NCBI GenBank assembly: GCA_002269645.1
Contig: NIVC01001201.1
Location: 62,001-126,000, forward strand
Reading direction: 5' to 3'
From: Macrostomum lignano
Lineage: Eukaryota
Length of the DNA: 64,000 nt
Part shown: positions 1 to 20,021 of the stretch, piece by piece
Layout of the letters: each line of letters starts with the position of its first letter
Position numbering within the stretch: position 1 is the stretch's first letter
Notes under the pieces: model-generated
Seen by the model: the letters and a program-made list of their open reading frames with translations, nothing else
Told to the model about the DNA's origin: nothing
The model's database searches: none
Made by a program: the position numbers and the translations under genes

Positions 1-24
1 AGCAAGTGGCAGCATTTCGGGGGA

Positions 25-500
25 AGGAGATGAGGGAGGGGGTGAGGGAAGGAGATGAGGGAGGGGGTGAGGGAAGGAGATGAGGGAGGGGGTGAGGGAA
101 GGAGATGAGGGAGGGGTGAGGGAAGGAGATGAGGGAGGGGGTGAGGGAAGGAGATGAGGGAGGGGGCGAGGGAGGGGTGAGGGAAGGAGATGAGGGAGGG
201 GGTGAGGGAAGGAGATGAGGGAGGGGTGAGGGAAGGAGATGAGGGAGGGGGTGAGGGAAGGAGATGAGGGAGGGGGCGAGGGAGGGGTGAGGGAAGGAGA
301 TGAGGGAGGGGGTGAGGGAAGGAGATGAGGGAGGGGGTGAGGGAAGGAGATGAGGGAGGGGTGAGGGAAGGAGATGAGGGAGGGGGTGAGGGAAGGAGAT
401 GAGGGAGGGGGCGAGGGAGGGAGTGAGGGAAGGAGATGAGAGAGGGGGTGAGGGAAGGAGATAAGGAAGGGGGTGAGGGAAGGAGATGAGGGAGGGGTGA
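25..500. repeat. Purine-rich ~22-23-bp minisatellite downstream of ERK
   Basis: GGGAAGGAGATGAGGGAGGGGGTGA tandem units. Confidence 0.9.
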
Positions 501-736
501 GAGGAGATTGATGGGTGAGGGAAGAAGTGAGTGACTGTAAGAATGAGCCGAATAGAAGGGGAAGAGTGAGGAAAAGAGAGGAAGAGATGAAGGGGGGTAA
601 AAGCAGGGGAGCAATGGATGACGAGCTGCGCGAAGTGAATCAGTAAAGCGGATGTCCGGCCGAAGGAGACTCAGCAGACCTGCAGGCAGGGGTGGCGGCA
701 GGTCCTCAATAGAGCAAGGAGAATCTCAGGCCGACT

Positions 737-8119
<7,383 letters not shown>

Positions 8120-9331
8120 AGTCGTACAAGTTTTTTGTGTTCGTTTAATTAAAGCAAGTAAATTACTTGCCTACTTGGTAAATTCTTGAGTGGGCTCTGT
8201 GTTGTCGCCAGGATCAGAAAAGTATCATTGTTTCTTTGAAAACATAAATTAAAAAAAACAGCGAAATTAACAAAGTTGTGACTTGAAAATTAATCAAAAT
8301 AAAAAAGTAAATATAAGTATTATTTTCATGTTTTTCTGTACGTTTGTTCCTATAAAAATATTGTCTTTTTTCTTTTTAGAGTTGTAAGCATTTCGCTTGT
8401 CTACTTTACTTGACTTCAAAATATTTTTTATTAAATCCATATATGCGGCCACTGCGCACGTACATCTACGACCCTTCCTTTTCACATGCAAGTATTATTT
8501 TAGTGTAATTAATTTTTTCGAATGTTGATGAAATAACTTGCGACTAGTATAATCTTGTAAAATTTATAACTTAGGCAGACATCTATACCCTTGCCCTTGT
8601 CATTGATTAAGTAAATACTGCATTTGAAAATCTTGAAACATTTAAGGCTTCAGCCTCTAGACTTCAGTCTACCCCTAAATTAATATTGTGTCTAGGCTTT
8701 TCTGTGATATTTTTGCCTAAGATATGTTTGAAGCATAGGTGTTTTGTCTAATGTTTTTAGTGAGCATTACCTTTTTCTTACTTAGTTTACATATAACATA
8801 TTTAAATTTATCTAAAATTATCTTCATTTTTATCTTATGTTGTCTAACTTAGTTTATCTTTGTTCTTACTTTTGTCATAACCATTTGAATTTGATTTAAA
8901 TTTGAATTTTTTTATTATTATTTAGTTTGTTTTCAAGTTCTTGTGCAAGTCTAATAAGAGATTTTGTACTTGCTTAGTTTTTTAAAGTTCTAGGATTTTT
9001 AGTTTTCAAAGCTCTAGTTCTTCTTAAGTTTGTTTTTTGTCTAGCACAAAAATTCAGGGGTTTCATTTAATTATAGCAGTTTTATGAATATAAGCAATAA
9101 GATACTATAAAAATCAGGATTATTTAAGGAAAATTTTAAGTTTATGAAGACTATTGTTCTTCTACTGCTTTTTAAAAGCAATGTAGGCTAATTTTTTAAT
9201 TTAGAAACTTTCATCAATCGCTTATCTGTTTTTAGAATCTGTACACAAATTTACTAACCATCAGCCAAATTGATTAAAAATGATCATCCTTGCCTATTCC
9301 TCTTTAGCCCGATTTGCACCCATCCTCCCAG

Positions 9332-12300
9332 GCCTCTGGTGGCAGCGCCAGCGGGCGCCCCAGCAGCCGCCAAAGTCGCCGGAGCAGCGCCGGCAGTGGC
9401 GGCTCGGCCATCTCAACGGACCGAGCCAGCTCTGGGCCAGACGATGCCCAGTCCCGCGTGTTCCTGGCGCTCAAGCAGCGAGGCGACGTCGAGCAGCTGA
9501 AGGCGCACCTTCGCAAGCGCCTATTTGAAGCCATTCAACAGCAGCAGCAGCTGCCCAAGCAGCAGCCGCCGCGCGAGATGGACGACATCGACAGGGCGGC
9601 GGCGACGCTGGTGGCAGAGCACCTGCGCACTGCCGGCTTCCCCTACAGCCTGTCGGTGTTCGTGCCGGAGTCAGGGCTCAGCAGCGGCGGCCTGCTGGAC
9701 CGCAACAGCCTGCAGGAGCTGCTGCGCCTGCCGGCGGACGGCGGTTTTCACAGGCGACTGGTGGCCGCGCCCGATGGTGCCAGCGTGCTGCGGACGGTGC
9801 TGCAGCATCTGGCCGAAGCTGGCGGCGGCGCCGGCGGGGTGAACGCCGGCGTGCAGACGGCGGAGTCGCACCCGGCCGAGGCGCTGCTGGCGGCCCGCAT
9901 GGCGGCCATCGACAGCCAGTTCGACCAGCGCGCCAGGCAGCAGAAGCGCCAGCCGGAGTCGTCGGCTGCCTCGGTGGAGGCGGCGCTGCTGCAGTGCCGG
10001 CGGGAGACGGAGGAGCGGATGCGGAAGCAGCTGCAGGCCGACATGCAGCGATTCCGCGAAGGCGAGCTGGCGAAGGTGCGACTGGAGGAGCGGGTGGCGA
10101 TGCAGAAGGAGCTGGAGGCCCGGCGCCGGGAGATGGAGGCCGAGTACCGCCTGAGATTCACCCGGCTGGTGGACCGGGAGGGCAGCTGCGACGATGCGCT
10201 GGCCCGGCAGCTGAAGGTACGGTGGGCTCTGCGCTTGCAGGTGCTGCGGTTGCTTGCTGTCCACCTGATCCTCAGTGATCTGTTCCAATCATTCAGTGAC
10301 CCATTTGAATCTTTCAGTGACCAATTTGGATTTTTCATTGACCCATTTGTATCTTTCAGTGACCCATTTAAACCTTTCAGTAACCCATTTGAATCTTTCA
10401 GTGACCCATTTGGATCTTTTAGTGACCGATTTGGGTCTTTCAGTGACAGATTTGAATCTTTCAGTGACAGATTTGGGTCCTTCAGTGATTCATTTAGATC
10501 TTTCAGTGACACATTAGGATTTTTTCAGTGACCCTCCAAAGACCTTCAGTGATCCTTATTAAGTTATCCTCTCAGATTTCCAGGGATCCCTCAGATGCTA
10601 AAGGCTGAAAACACGTACTGTGGCTGATATTGTTGCAATTTTGCCGCATTTCCTTCTAGGAGCAAGAGCGAGAGTGCTACCTGCGGCGGCAGACCCTGCT
10701 GGAGCAAATCGACTTAGCCAAGGAGCGGGAGAACCAGCTGCGGCGCGACCGGGAGGCCTGGGAAAGGTTTGCTGCCGCACGGATCCTCAGTGATGTCCCC
10801 TGATCCCCAGTGATGTCCCTGATCCCCAGTGGTGTCCCCTGATCGTCAGTGGTGTCCCTGATCCTCAGTGGTGTCCCTGATCCTCAGTGGTGTCTCCTGA
10901 TCCTTAGTGGTGTCCCTGATCCTCAGTGGTGTCCCCTGATCCTCAGTGGTGTCTCTGATCCTCAGTGGTGTCCCCTGATCCTCAGTGGTGTCCCTGATCC
11001 TCAGTGGTGTCCCCTGATCCTCAGTGGTGTCCCCTGATCCTCAGTGGTGTCCCTGATCCTCAGTGGTGTCCCCTGATCCTCAGTGGTGTCCCTGATCCTC
11101 AGTGGTGTCCCTGATCCTCAGTGGTGTCCCCTGATCCCCAGTGGTGTCCCCTGATCCCCAGTGGTGTCCCCTGATCCCCAGTGGTGTCCCCTGATCCCCA
11201 GTGGTGTCCCCTGATCCCCAGTGATGTCCCCCGATCCTCAGTGATGTCCCCCGATCCTCAGTGATGTCCCCTGATCCCCAGTGATGTCCCCTGATCCTCA
11301 GTGATGTCCCCCGATCCTCAGTGATGTCCCCTGATCCCCAGTGGTGTCCCCTGATCCTCAGTGATGTCCCCCGATCCTCAGTGATGTCCCCTGATCCCCA
11401 GTGATGTCCCCTGATCCCAAGTGATGTCCCCTGATCCCTAGCGACACTAAAGTGCAACTCCTTAATCAATAATTTGACTCACCTGCCAATTAACAGAGAG
11501 CAGACGGTGCGGCAGGAGCAGCTCCGAGCCCTGGATCAGTCCTGGTGGACCGCGAGACCAAACTGAAAGCCGGCGAGCTGTTGCTGGAGACTCGGCTAAA
11601 GGACGAAGTGGCCAAGTGAGCTGAGGCGTGCGCTGCCGGGAGCTTAGAAAACGAGACAGATAATGGGCTAGATATGAAAGGGATAGATTTGAAAGTGGAT
11701 AGATATGGGAGAAAGTGGATAGATATGGGAGAAAGTGGATAGATATGGGAGAGAGTGGATAGATATGGGAGAGAGTGGATACATATGGGAGGGAGTGGAT
11801 AGATATGGGAGGGAGTGGATAGATATGAAAGGGGATAGATATGGGAGAGAGTGGATAGATATGGGAGGGAGTGGATAGATATGAAAGAGGATAGATATGG
11901 GAGTGAGTGGATAGATATGGGAGAGAGTGGATAGATATGGGAGAGAGTGGATAGATATGCGAGAGAGTGGATAGATATGCGAGAGAGTGGATAGATACAA
12001 GTATAAAAAGGTGGCCCTACAAGCGGGAAAGTGGCATTCCACCTCGCCCACCCGCAGGATGAAGCTATCCGAGGAGACGAAGTACTTTCAAAAATGGAAG
12101 GAGCTGGAGCTGCAGGACGCCAGGAACAAAGGTGCGGGTTTATGCAACTCAGCTGTGGCTCTCGGTAAGAGTTCATCCCTCAGTTTACTGATTCGCTGCA
12201 CCCGTCTCATTGCAGAGGAGAGAGCCATCATCGAGCGGGAGCGCGAGGCGTCACGGAAGCTGCGCGAGGACCTGATGCAGCGGCAGTCTCTGCTCAACGA

Positions 12301-15300
12301 GATGGAGGTAATTTTTTGCCGGAAATCCAGACCATGACGTGCCCTAAAATGTGATGAGTTCCTAATGACTTTATAGCTGATGATTTTGTCTGAAAAACAA
12401 TGTTCAACTTGATACTAATTTCATATCAGCTTTCAGCAGCTCTGCTGTCTGTGGGCAGCGGCTTCGGTTCAAAGGTAACACGAGAGCTCTGCGTTGCTAG
12501 GGGCAACCCGGTGCTGTGTGTTGGTGTCCTTGAGTGTTGGTGTCCTTGAGTGTTGGTGTCCTTGAGTGTTGGTGTCCTTGAGTGTTGGTGTCCTTGAGTG
12601 TTGGTGTCTTTGAGTGTTGGTGTCCTTGAGTGTTGGTGTCTTTGAGTGTTGGTGTCTTTGAGTGTTGGTGTCTTTGAGTGTTGGTGTCTTTGAGTGTTGG
12701 TGTCCTTGTGTGTTGGTGTCCTTGTGTGTTGGTGTCCTTGTGTGTTGGTGTCTTTGAGTGTTGGTGTCCTTGTGTGTTGGTGTCCTTGTGTGTTGGTGTC
12801 CTTGTGTGTTGGTGTCTTTGAGTGTTGGTGTCTTTGAGTGTTGGTGTCTTTGAGTGTTGGTGTCTTTGAGTGTTGGTGTCTTTGAGTGTTGGTGTCTTTG
12901 AGTGTTGGTGTCCTTGAGTGTTGGTGTCTTTGAGTGTTGGTGTCTTTGAGTGTTGGTGTCCTTGTGTGTTGGTGTCCTTGTGTGTTGGTGTCTTTGAGTG
13001 TTGGTGTCCTTGTGTGTTGGTGTCCTTGAGTGTTGGTGTCTTTGTGTGTTGGTGTCCTTGTGTGTTGGTGTCCTTGTGTGTTGGTGTCTTTGAGTGTTGG
13101 TGTCCTTGTGTGTTGGTGTCCTTGTGTGTTGGTGTCTTTGAGTGTTGGTGTCCTTGTGTGTTGGTGTCCTTGTGTGTTGGTGTCCTTGAGTGTTGGTGTC
13201 TTTGAGTGTTGGTGTCCTTGTGTGTTGGTGTCCTTGAGTGTTGGTGTCCTTGTGTGTTGGTGTCCTTGTGTGTTGGTGTCTTTGAGTGTTGGTGTCCTTG
13301 TGTGTTGGTGTCCTTGAGTGTTGGTGTCCTTGTGTGTTGGTGTCTTTGAGTGTTGGTGTCCTTGTGTGTTGGTGTCTTTGAGTGTTGGTGTCCTTGAGTG
13401 TTGGTGTCCTTGAGTGTTGGTGTCCTTGAGTGTTGGTGTCCTTGAGTGTTGGTGTCCTTGAGTGTTGGTGTCCTTGTGTGTTGGTGTCCTTGTGTGTTGG
13501 TGTCCTTGAGTGTTGGTGTCCTTGTGTGTTGGTGTCTTTGAGTGTTGGTGTCCTTGTGTGTTGGTGTCCTTGTGTGTTGGTGTCCTTGAGTGTTGGTGTC
13601 TTTGAGTGTTGGTGTCCTTGTGTGTTGGTGTCTTTGAGTGTTGGTGTCCTTGTGTGTTGGTGTCCTTGTGTGTTGGTGTCCTTGAGTGTTGGTGTCCTTG
13701 TGTGTTGGTGTCCTTGAGTGTTGGTGTCCTTGTGTGTTGGTGTCTTTGAGTGTTGGTGTCCTTGTGTGTTGGTGTCTTTGAGTGTTGGTGTCTTTGAGTG
13801 TTGGTGTCCTTGAGTGTTGGTGTCCTTGAGTGTTGGTGTCCTTGAGTGTTGGTGTCCTTGAGTGTTGGTGTCCTTGTGTGTTGGTGTCCTTGTGTGTTGG
13901 TGTCCTTGAGTGTTGGTGTCCTTGTGTGTGTGTTGGTGTCCTTGTGTGTTGGTGTCCTTGAGTGTTGGTGTCCTTGAGTGTTGGTGTCCTTGTGTGTTGG
14001 TGTCTTTGAGTGTTGGTGTCTTTGAGTGTTGGTGTCCTTGTGTGTTGGTGTCTTTGAGTGTTGGTGTCCTTGAGTGTTGGTGTCCTTGAGTGTTGGTGTC
14101 CTTGAGTGTTGGTGTCCTTGTGTGTTGGTGTCCTTGAGTGTTGGTGTCCTTGAGTGTTGGTGTCTTTGTGTGTTGGTGTCTTTGAGTGTTGGTGTCTTTG
14201 AGTGTTGGTGTCCTTGAGTGTTGGTGTCTTTGAGTGTTGGTGTCCTTGAGTGTTGGTGTCCTTGAGTGTTGGTGTCCTTGTGTGTTGGTGTCCTTGTGTT
14301 GGTGTCCTTGTGTGTTGGTGTCCTTGAGTGTTGGTGTCCTTGAGTGTTGGTGTCCTTGAGTGTTGGTGTCTTGAGTGTTGGTGTCTTTGAGTGTTGGTGT
14401 CCTTGAGTGTTGGTGTCCTTGAGTCTTGGTGTCCTTGTGTGTTGGTATCCTTGAGTGTTGGTGTCTTTGAGTGTTGGTGTCCTTGAGTGTTGGTGTCTTT
14501 GAGTGTTGGTGTCCTTGAGTGTTGGTGTCTTTGAGTGTTGGTGTCCTTGAGTGTTGGTGTCCTTGTGTGTTGGTGTCCTTGAGTGTTGGTGTCCTTGAGT
14601 GTTGGTGTCCTTGAGTGTTGGTGTCCTTGAGTGTTGGTGTCCTTGAGTGTTGGTGTCCTTGAGTGTTGGTGTCCTTGAGTGTTGGTGTCCTTGAGTGTTG
14701 GTGTCTTTGAGTGTTGGTGTCCTTGAGTGTTGGTGTCCTTGAGTGTTGGTGTCTTTGAGTGTTGGTGTCCTTGAGTGTTGGTGTCCTTGAGTGTTGGTGT
14801 CCTTGTGTGTTGGTGTCCTTGTGTTGGTGTCCTTGTGTGTTGGTGTCTATATTTGGTGTCCTTGTGTGACCCTGCTCTCTATATTTGTGTCCTTGTGTGA
14901 CCCTGCTCTCTATATTTGGTGTCCTTGTGTGACCCTGCTCTCTATATTTGGTGTCCTTGTGTGACCCTGCTCTCTATATTTGGTGTCCTTGTGTGACCCT
15001 GCTCTCTATATTTGGTGTCCTTGTGTGACCCTGCTCTCTATATTTGGTGTCCTTGTGTGACCCTGCTCTCTATATTTGTGTCCTTGTGTGACCCTGCTCT
15101 CTATATTTGTGTCCTTGTGTGACCCTGCTCTCTATATTGGTGTCCTTGTGTGACCCTGCTCTCTATATTTGTGTCCTTGTGTGACCCTGCTCTCTATATT
15201 GGTGTCCTTGTGTGACCCTGCTCTCTATATTTGTGTCCTTGTGTGACCCTGCTCTCTATATTGGTGTCCTTGTGTGACCCTGCTCTCTATATTTGTGTCC

Positions 15301-18028
15301 TTGTGTGACCCTGCTCTCTATATTTGTGTCCTTGTGTGACCCTGCTCTCTATATTGGTGTCCTTGTGTGACCCTGCTCTCTATATTGGTGTCCTTGTGTG
15401 ACCCTGCTCTCTATATTGGTGTCCTTGTGTGACCCTGCTCTCTATATTGGTGTCCTTGTGTGACCCTGCTCTCTATATTGGTGTCCTTGTGTGACCCTGC
15501 TCTCTATATTGGTGTCCTTGTGTGACCCTGCTCTCTATATTGTGTCCTTGTGTGACCCTGCTCTCTATATTGGTGTCCTTGTGTGACCCTGCTCTCTATA
15601 TTTGTTTGTGTGACCCTGCTCTCTATATTGGTGTCCTTGTGTGACCCTGCTTCTATATTGGTGTCCTTGTGTGACCCTGCTTCTATATTGGTGTCCTTGT
15701 GTGACCCTGCTTCCTTGTATGACCCTGCTCTCTATATTGGTGTCCTTGTGTGACTCTCTCTATATTGCGTGCCTGTGTGACCCTGCTCTCTATATTGGGT
15801 CCTGGTGACTGCTCTCTATATTGGTGTCCTTGTGTGACCCTGCTCTCTATATTGGTGTCCTTGTACTTTAACCTTTATCACTATTCTATATGCTGTTATT
15901 ATTGTTGAATAATATTCAACAGTATTCGGTGAATGGATTGCTAATCTAGCCAATCACGGATTACTAGGAATAAAATGGATTGCTAATCTAGCCAATCACG
16001 GATTACTAGGAATAAAATGGATTGCTAATCTAGCCAATCACGGATTACTAGGAATAAAATGGATTGTTAATCTTGCCGATTACGGATTATTAGAAATCGA
16101 ATTTATTACCAAAGTGCTTATTCACTGTTCTTAGATTTTTTGATTTCCTCTGCATTTTCTAAGTTTCTTTTCGTGATAAATTTGTATTGGTGTCACATTT
16201 TTCTCCATACGCAAGCGGTTTCCTTGCTGTTGTGCTGCTTGACTTTTGCTTATGCAGAAGCAGTCGCTATAAGCTCCAAGCTCCCTCCCGTCTCTCCAGG
16301 TGGCGGATTACCCGCGACTCAAAGAAGAGAACGCAGCTTTGAAACGCGAAATCGAACTGCTGAATAAGTGAGCGCTGATCAGATGCACTGCTTCTGGCCG
16401 CCTGCCTCTTGACCGCCCCTTAACCGCCCCTTAAACGCCCCTTAACCACCCCTTAAACGCCTTTTAACCGCCCGTAACTGCCCCTAAGAATCGCTCCTTA
16501 ACCACCCCTAAGAATTGCGTTTTAACCACCCCTTAACCGCCCCTAAGAATTGCGTTTTAACCACCCCTTAACCGCCCCTAAGAACCGCCCCTTAACCGCC
16601 CCTAAGAATCGCCCTTTAACCGCCCCTTAACCGCCCCTAAGAATCCCCCCGTAACCGCCCCTAAGAATCGCCCCTTAACCGCCTGTAACCGCCCCTAAGA
16701 ATCGCCCCTAAAAACCGCTCCTTAACCGCCCGTAAGAACCGTCCCTTAACCTCCCCTTATCCGCCCCTAAGAGTCCCCCTTAAGCGCAGCCGCGGCTCCC
16801 CAACAGCAACCCGAACCCCCTCCCCGGTGCCCGCAGCCGCGCCGCCGAACTGCGCATCGAGTGCGAGTCGGAGCGCCAGCGCGCCCAGCGCACCAGCCAG
16901 GACTCAGGCCAGGAGCTTGAGCGCCTGCGGCAGGCGGCCGCTGCCCTGGAGCAGCAGCGGTCGGGCCTCGAGCGGCGGCTGCAGGAGGAGGCCGCGAACG
17001 CCTCCCGATGCCAGTCGGAGGCGGAGGCGGCCCGTCAGGAGGCGGCCGAGCTGCGGCGCCAGCTGACTGCGGCTGAGGAGGCGTGGGCGGCCGCGGACCG
17101 TCAGGCGCAGCTGCAGCCCCGGCAGCTGGCGGGCGGCTCTGCGCAACCGCCGCGAAGCGCCCGAAGCTTCGGCGTTGGCTCGGCCAGGGTGGCGCCTTCG
17201 GAGATCGGCGGTGGAGACGACGACGGCGGCGGTGGCGGTGGCCTCGCCTCCTTTCGGCTGATGACGCCACGAGGGCCGCTGATGTCGCACCGCTCCGGCT
17301 TCAACGGCGACTATGGCGGAGGCGGCGGCGGCCGCGGCGGTGGCGGCGGTGGCAGTGGCATCGGAAGCGCCGCCAATCTTAACGATGACGAAATTGCTGA
17401 GACGATGGAGCGGCTGAGGCAGCTGGGTGAGCGGAGGCTGGGTTAATGCGTCCTAATGGGCAGATTGGTGTGCAGTTTCTGGCAGATTGGTGTGCAGTTT
17501 CTGGCAGATTGGTGTGCTGTTTCTGGCTATGCAGTTAAGTGGCAGTTGGTGTAGTCAGAGGCAGATTGGTGTGCAGATTTTCCAACCCGCTCTGCAGACG
17601 AGGAGGGCGAGTCGCTGAACCAGGCCTACCGCAGCTTCCAGCATCGGCTGCAGCAGTCAGTTTTCCAGCCTCCGCCGCAGCCTCATCAGCGCCAGCGGCT
17701 GCTGCAGTCCAACAGCAACGCGGCCGCGATGGCGCCAGACAATGATGAGGATGATGATGAGGCGAGTGATTCTCGCTGGTTGCTAGGCAACAGTCAGCGC
17801 CGCTTGGTCGGCTCGCCTCCCAACCAAGAGCGCCATCATCAGCTGACGGGAGACTGGGACTCGCGCCATCATCAGCTGACGGGAGACTGGGACTCGCGCC
17901 AGCATCAGCTGACGGGAGACTGGGACTCGCGCCAGTTCGGGTGAGGCTGCCGCTGCATCTCAAGTTTCTCTTTAATATCAGGAAATGCAATACCTGAGTG
18001 TGTGCCTGAGGGCTGCTGTACAACTCCA

Positions 18029-18081
<53 letters not shown>

Positions 18082-20021
18082 GTGTGTGTGCGTGTGTGCG
18101 CACCTGTTCATGTGCCTGCTCAGTGTGAGTGGAATGAGCAGGCCCCCACGCATCCCCATGCCGGATGCAGCTTGACTGCCGACCCTCCTACAAAAACTGA
18201 CTAACAATTACCAATTGCTCAACGATGCTCATAAAAATCCTCGTCGCCCTCCCAATCGCTGACCAGTAGTTGGAGAAGCTCTCAGCAGCAGCAGCAGCAG
18301 CACGTGCGGTTTTCACGCGGCCCGCCGCAGGCACCCAGCAGGTTTGCCAGGCACCCTGGAGAGGGGGTTTATTTGAGCTTGGCGGGGTCGGGCTGTGTAC
18401 GGATTTTTATCACTGGGTGAAGCTCGGCGCACCAGAAGTTTATTTGCCTCTTGCTGTTGGACTTTCCTGATTCTACCGCTGATTCTCCCATGTTGCTCTC
18501 CCAGCGTTTGTCACTTTATTAGTTTCTGGAGTTGCTCTCATTCAGTTCGGTCACTTGTGTTTTGATTTTTGTGAGAACTTTTATACCCCAGCTTCACCTT
18601 TCCACTCTCATGTGATCCCATTCCACCCTCATGTGATCCCATTCCACCCTCATGTGATCCCATTCCACCCTCATATGATCCCATTCCACCCTCATGTGAT
18701 CCCATTCCACCCTCATGTGACCCCATTCCACCCTCATGTGATCCCATTCCACCCTCATGTGATCCCATTCCAACCTCATGTGATCCCATTTCACCCTCAT
18801 GTGATCCCATTTCACCCTCATGTGATCCCATTCCACCCTCATGTGATCCCATTTCACCCTCATGTGATCCCATTCCACCCTCATGTGACCCCATTCGACC
18901 CTCAATATGATCCCATTACGCCCTTATGTGACCCCAGAGCAACTTTTTATGATCCCTCATATCCCTGATTCCAATTTCCTGACCCAATTCTCCCTCTCTT
19001 CATCGCATCCTTCGCATCCGCACAATCCCAACCGAATGAATCCCCACCTGTCAGGTCGGACCCCGCCAGCATCCCCTACGGCGGCATCAGCCTGGACAAC
19101 CTGGAGAAGCGAGGCGACGCGTCGGTGCAGCGCGGAGAAGGCGGCGGCGGTGGCGGCGGTGGCGGCAGCGGGTTGGACAAAACCGAAGCGGAGGCCGCAA
19201 AGCCGGCGAGCCCCAAGCATCTGGCGGCCGTGACCTTTGACCTCGGGACCGCCAGCAGCGGGAAGTCTTCAACAGCTCAGCAGGAGCAGCAAGAGCAGGA
19301 GCAGCAATCTCAGTTTCCGGAGCAGCCTGACCACGGTAGGCGTGACACCCACCCCACCCTCCGCCAGTGAACTACTCAGACTCAAACCCCCACCCTCCAC
19401 CAGTGAACTACTCAGGCACTCACCTCACCCTCCACCAGTGAACTACTCAGACACCCACCCCACCCTCCGCCAGTGAACTACTCAGACACCCACCCCACCC
19501 TCCGCCAGTGAACTACTCAGACACCCACCCCACCCTCCGCCAGTGAACTACTCAGACACCCACCCCACCCTCCGCCAGTGAACTACTCCGGCCACACCTC
19601 GCACGACGTGGGCAGCTCAGGCGACATCCTGGGGCCGCAGGAGGCGCAGAGCCAGCCCGAGACGCTCATGCTGTCCCTGGACGAGACCTGGAAAACTTCC
19701 AAGACCGCCAGCGAAGAAAATCTGGACGATCAACCGGAGAAGCCGGAGGCCGCGGCGGCCGCCCCAGCCGGCGTGGACCCGGTGATGCAGAAGTACATGA
19801 GCATGGTGGCCAAGCGGCGAGAGGAAGAGAAGCAGGGGCAGCAGCGGCCTCCTGAGCCGCCCAAAGCCCGCAGCCGCGTCACGGTGAGCTACAGCCCGGA
19901 CCCCAGCGACGAGGACGAAGGCGGCATCAGCGACGGCGGCGGGGGCCGCGGCGGCAACGCTGGCATGGACTCGAGCGACGCCTCTGACCCGAAGAAGGAC
20001 AACAGCGAGGGTTTCTGGTGA
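9332..20021 (+). CDS. OFD1: OFD1 centriolar/ciliary protein (LisH + coiled coil); start codon not located
   Basis: Exons: 9332-10216 (LKAHLRKRL...LVAEHLRTAGFPYSLSVFVPESGL, LisH region like human OFD1), 10660-10766, 11497-11615 (1-nt frameshift), 12058-12131, 12216-12307, 16300-16367 (DYPRLKEEN), 16837-17426, 17598-17940 (ESLNQAYRSFQHRL), 18267-18341, 19055-19335, 19579-20021 (DPVMQKYMSMV). Junctions are GT-AG and phase-consistent once the single indel is corrected. Confidence 0.88.
10280..12000. repeat. Three distinct intronic minisatellites in OFD1 (21 bp at 10280-10555; 19-20 bp at 10785-11440; 20 bp at 11675-12000)
   Basis: TTCAGTGACCCATTTGAATCT; GATCCTCAGTGGTGTCCCCT; GAGAGTGGATAGATATGGGA. 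Each is confined to one intron. Confidence 0.9.
12515..15865. repeat. Compound satellite: 16-bp unit (12515-14845) switching to a ~30-bp unit (14846-15865)
   Basis: GTGTTGGTGTCCTTGA, then TATTGGTGTCCTTGTGTGACCCTGCTCTCTA, which contains the 16-mer core. Confidence 0.95.
15930..16785. repeat. 42-bp repeat (15930-16100) and TTAACCGCCCC-type repeat (16410-16785) in OFD1 introns
   Basis: AATGGATTGCTAATCTAGCCAATCACGGATTACTAGGAATAA x3-4; TTAACCGCCCCTAAGAA variants. Confidence 0.85.
18030..19590. repeat. (GT)n at 18030-18100, 21-bp repeat at 18600-18960 and 35-bp repeat at 19340-19590 in OFD1 introns
   Basis: CATTCCACCCTCATGTGATCC; CACCCACCCCACCCTCCGCCAGTGAACTACTCAGA. Confidence 0.9.

Noticed and set aside
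9671-10288. Antisense ORFs overlapping GC-rich exons (also 30849-31385, 38230-38874, 54245-54898)
   Set aside because: These are the expected shadows of GC-rich coding sequence and show no independent motifs.
12431-12475. Possible 45-nt extra OFD1 exon (LSAALLSVGSGFGSK)
   Set aside because: It is phase-compatible but not coiled-coil-like and shows no recognisable similarity; it needs RNA evidence.
12515-15865. CRISPR-like appearance of the regular repeat arrays
   Set aside because: Units are directly head-to-tail with no unique spacers, there are no cas genes, and the context is eukaryotic.
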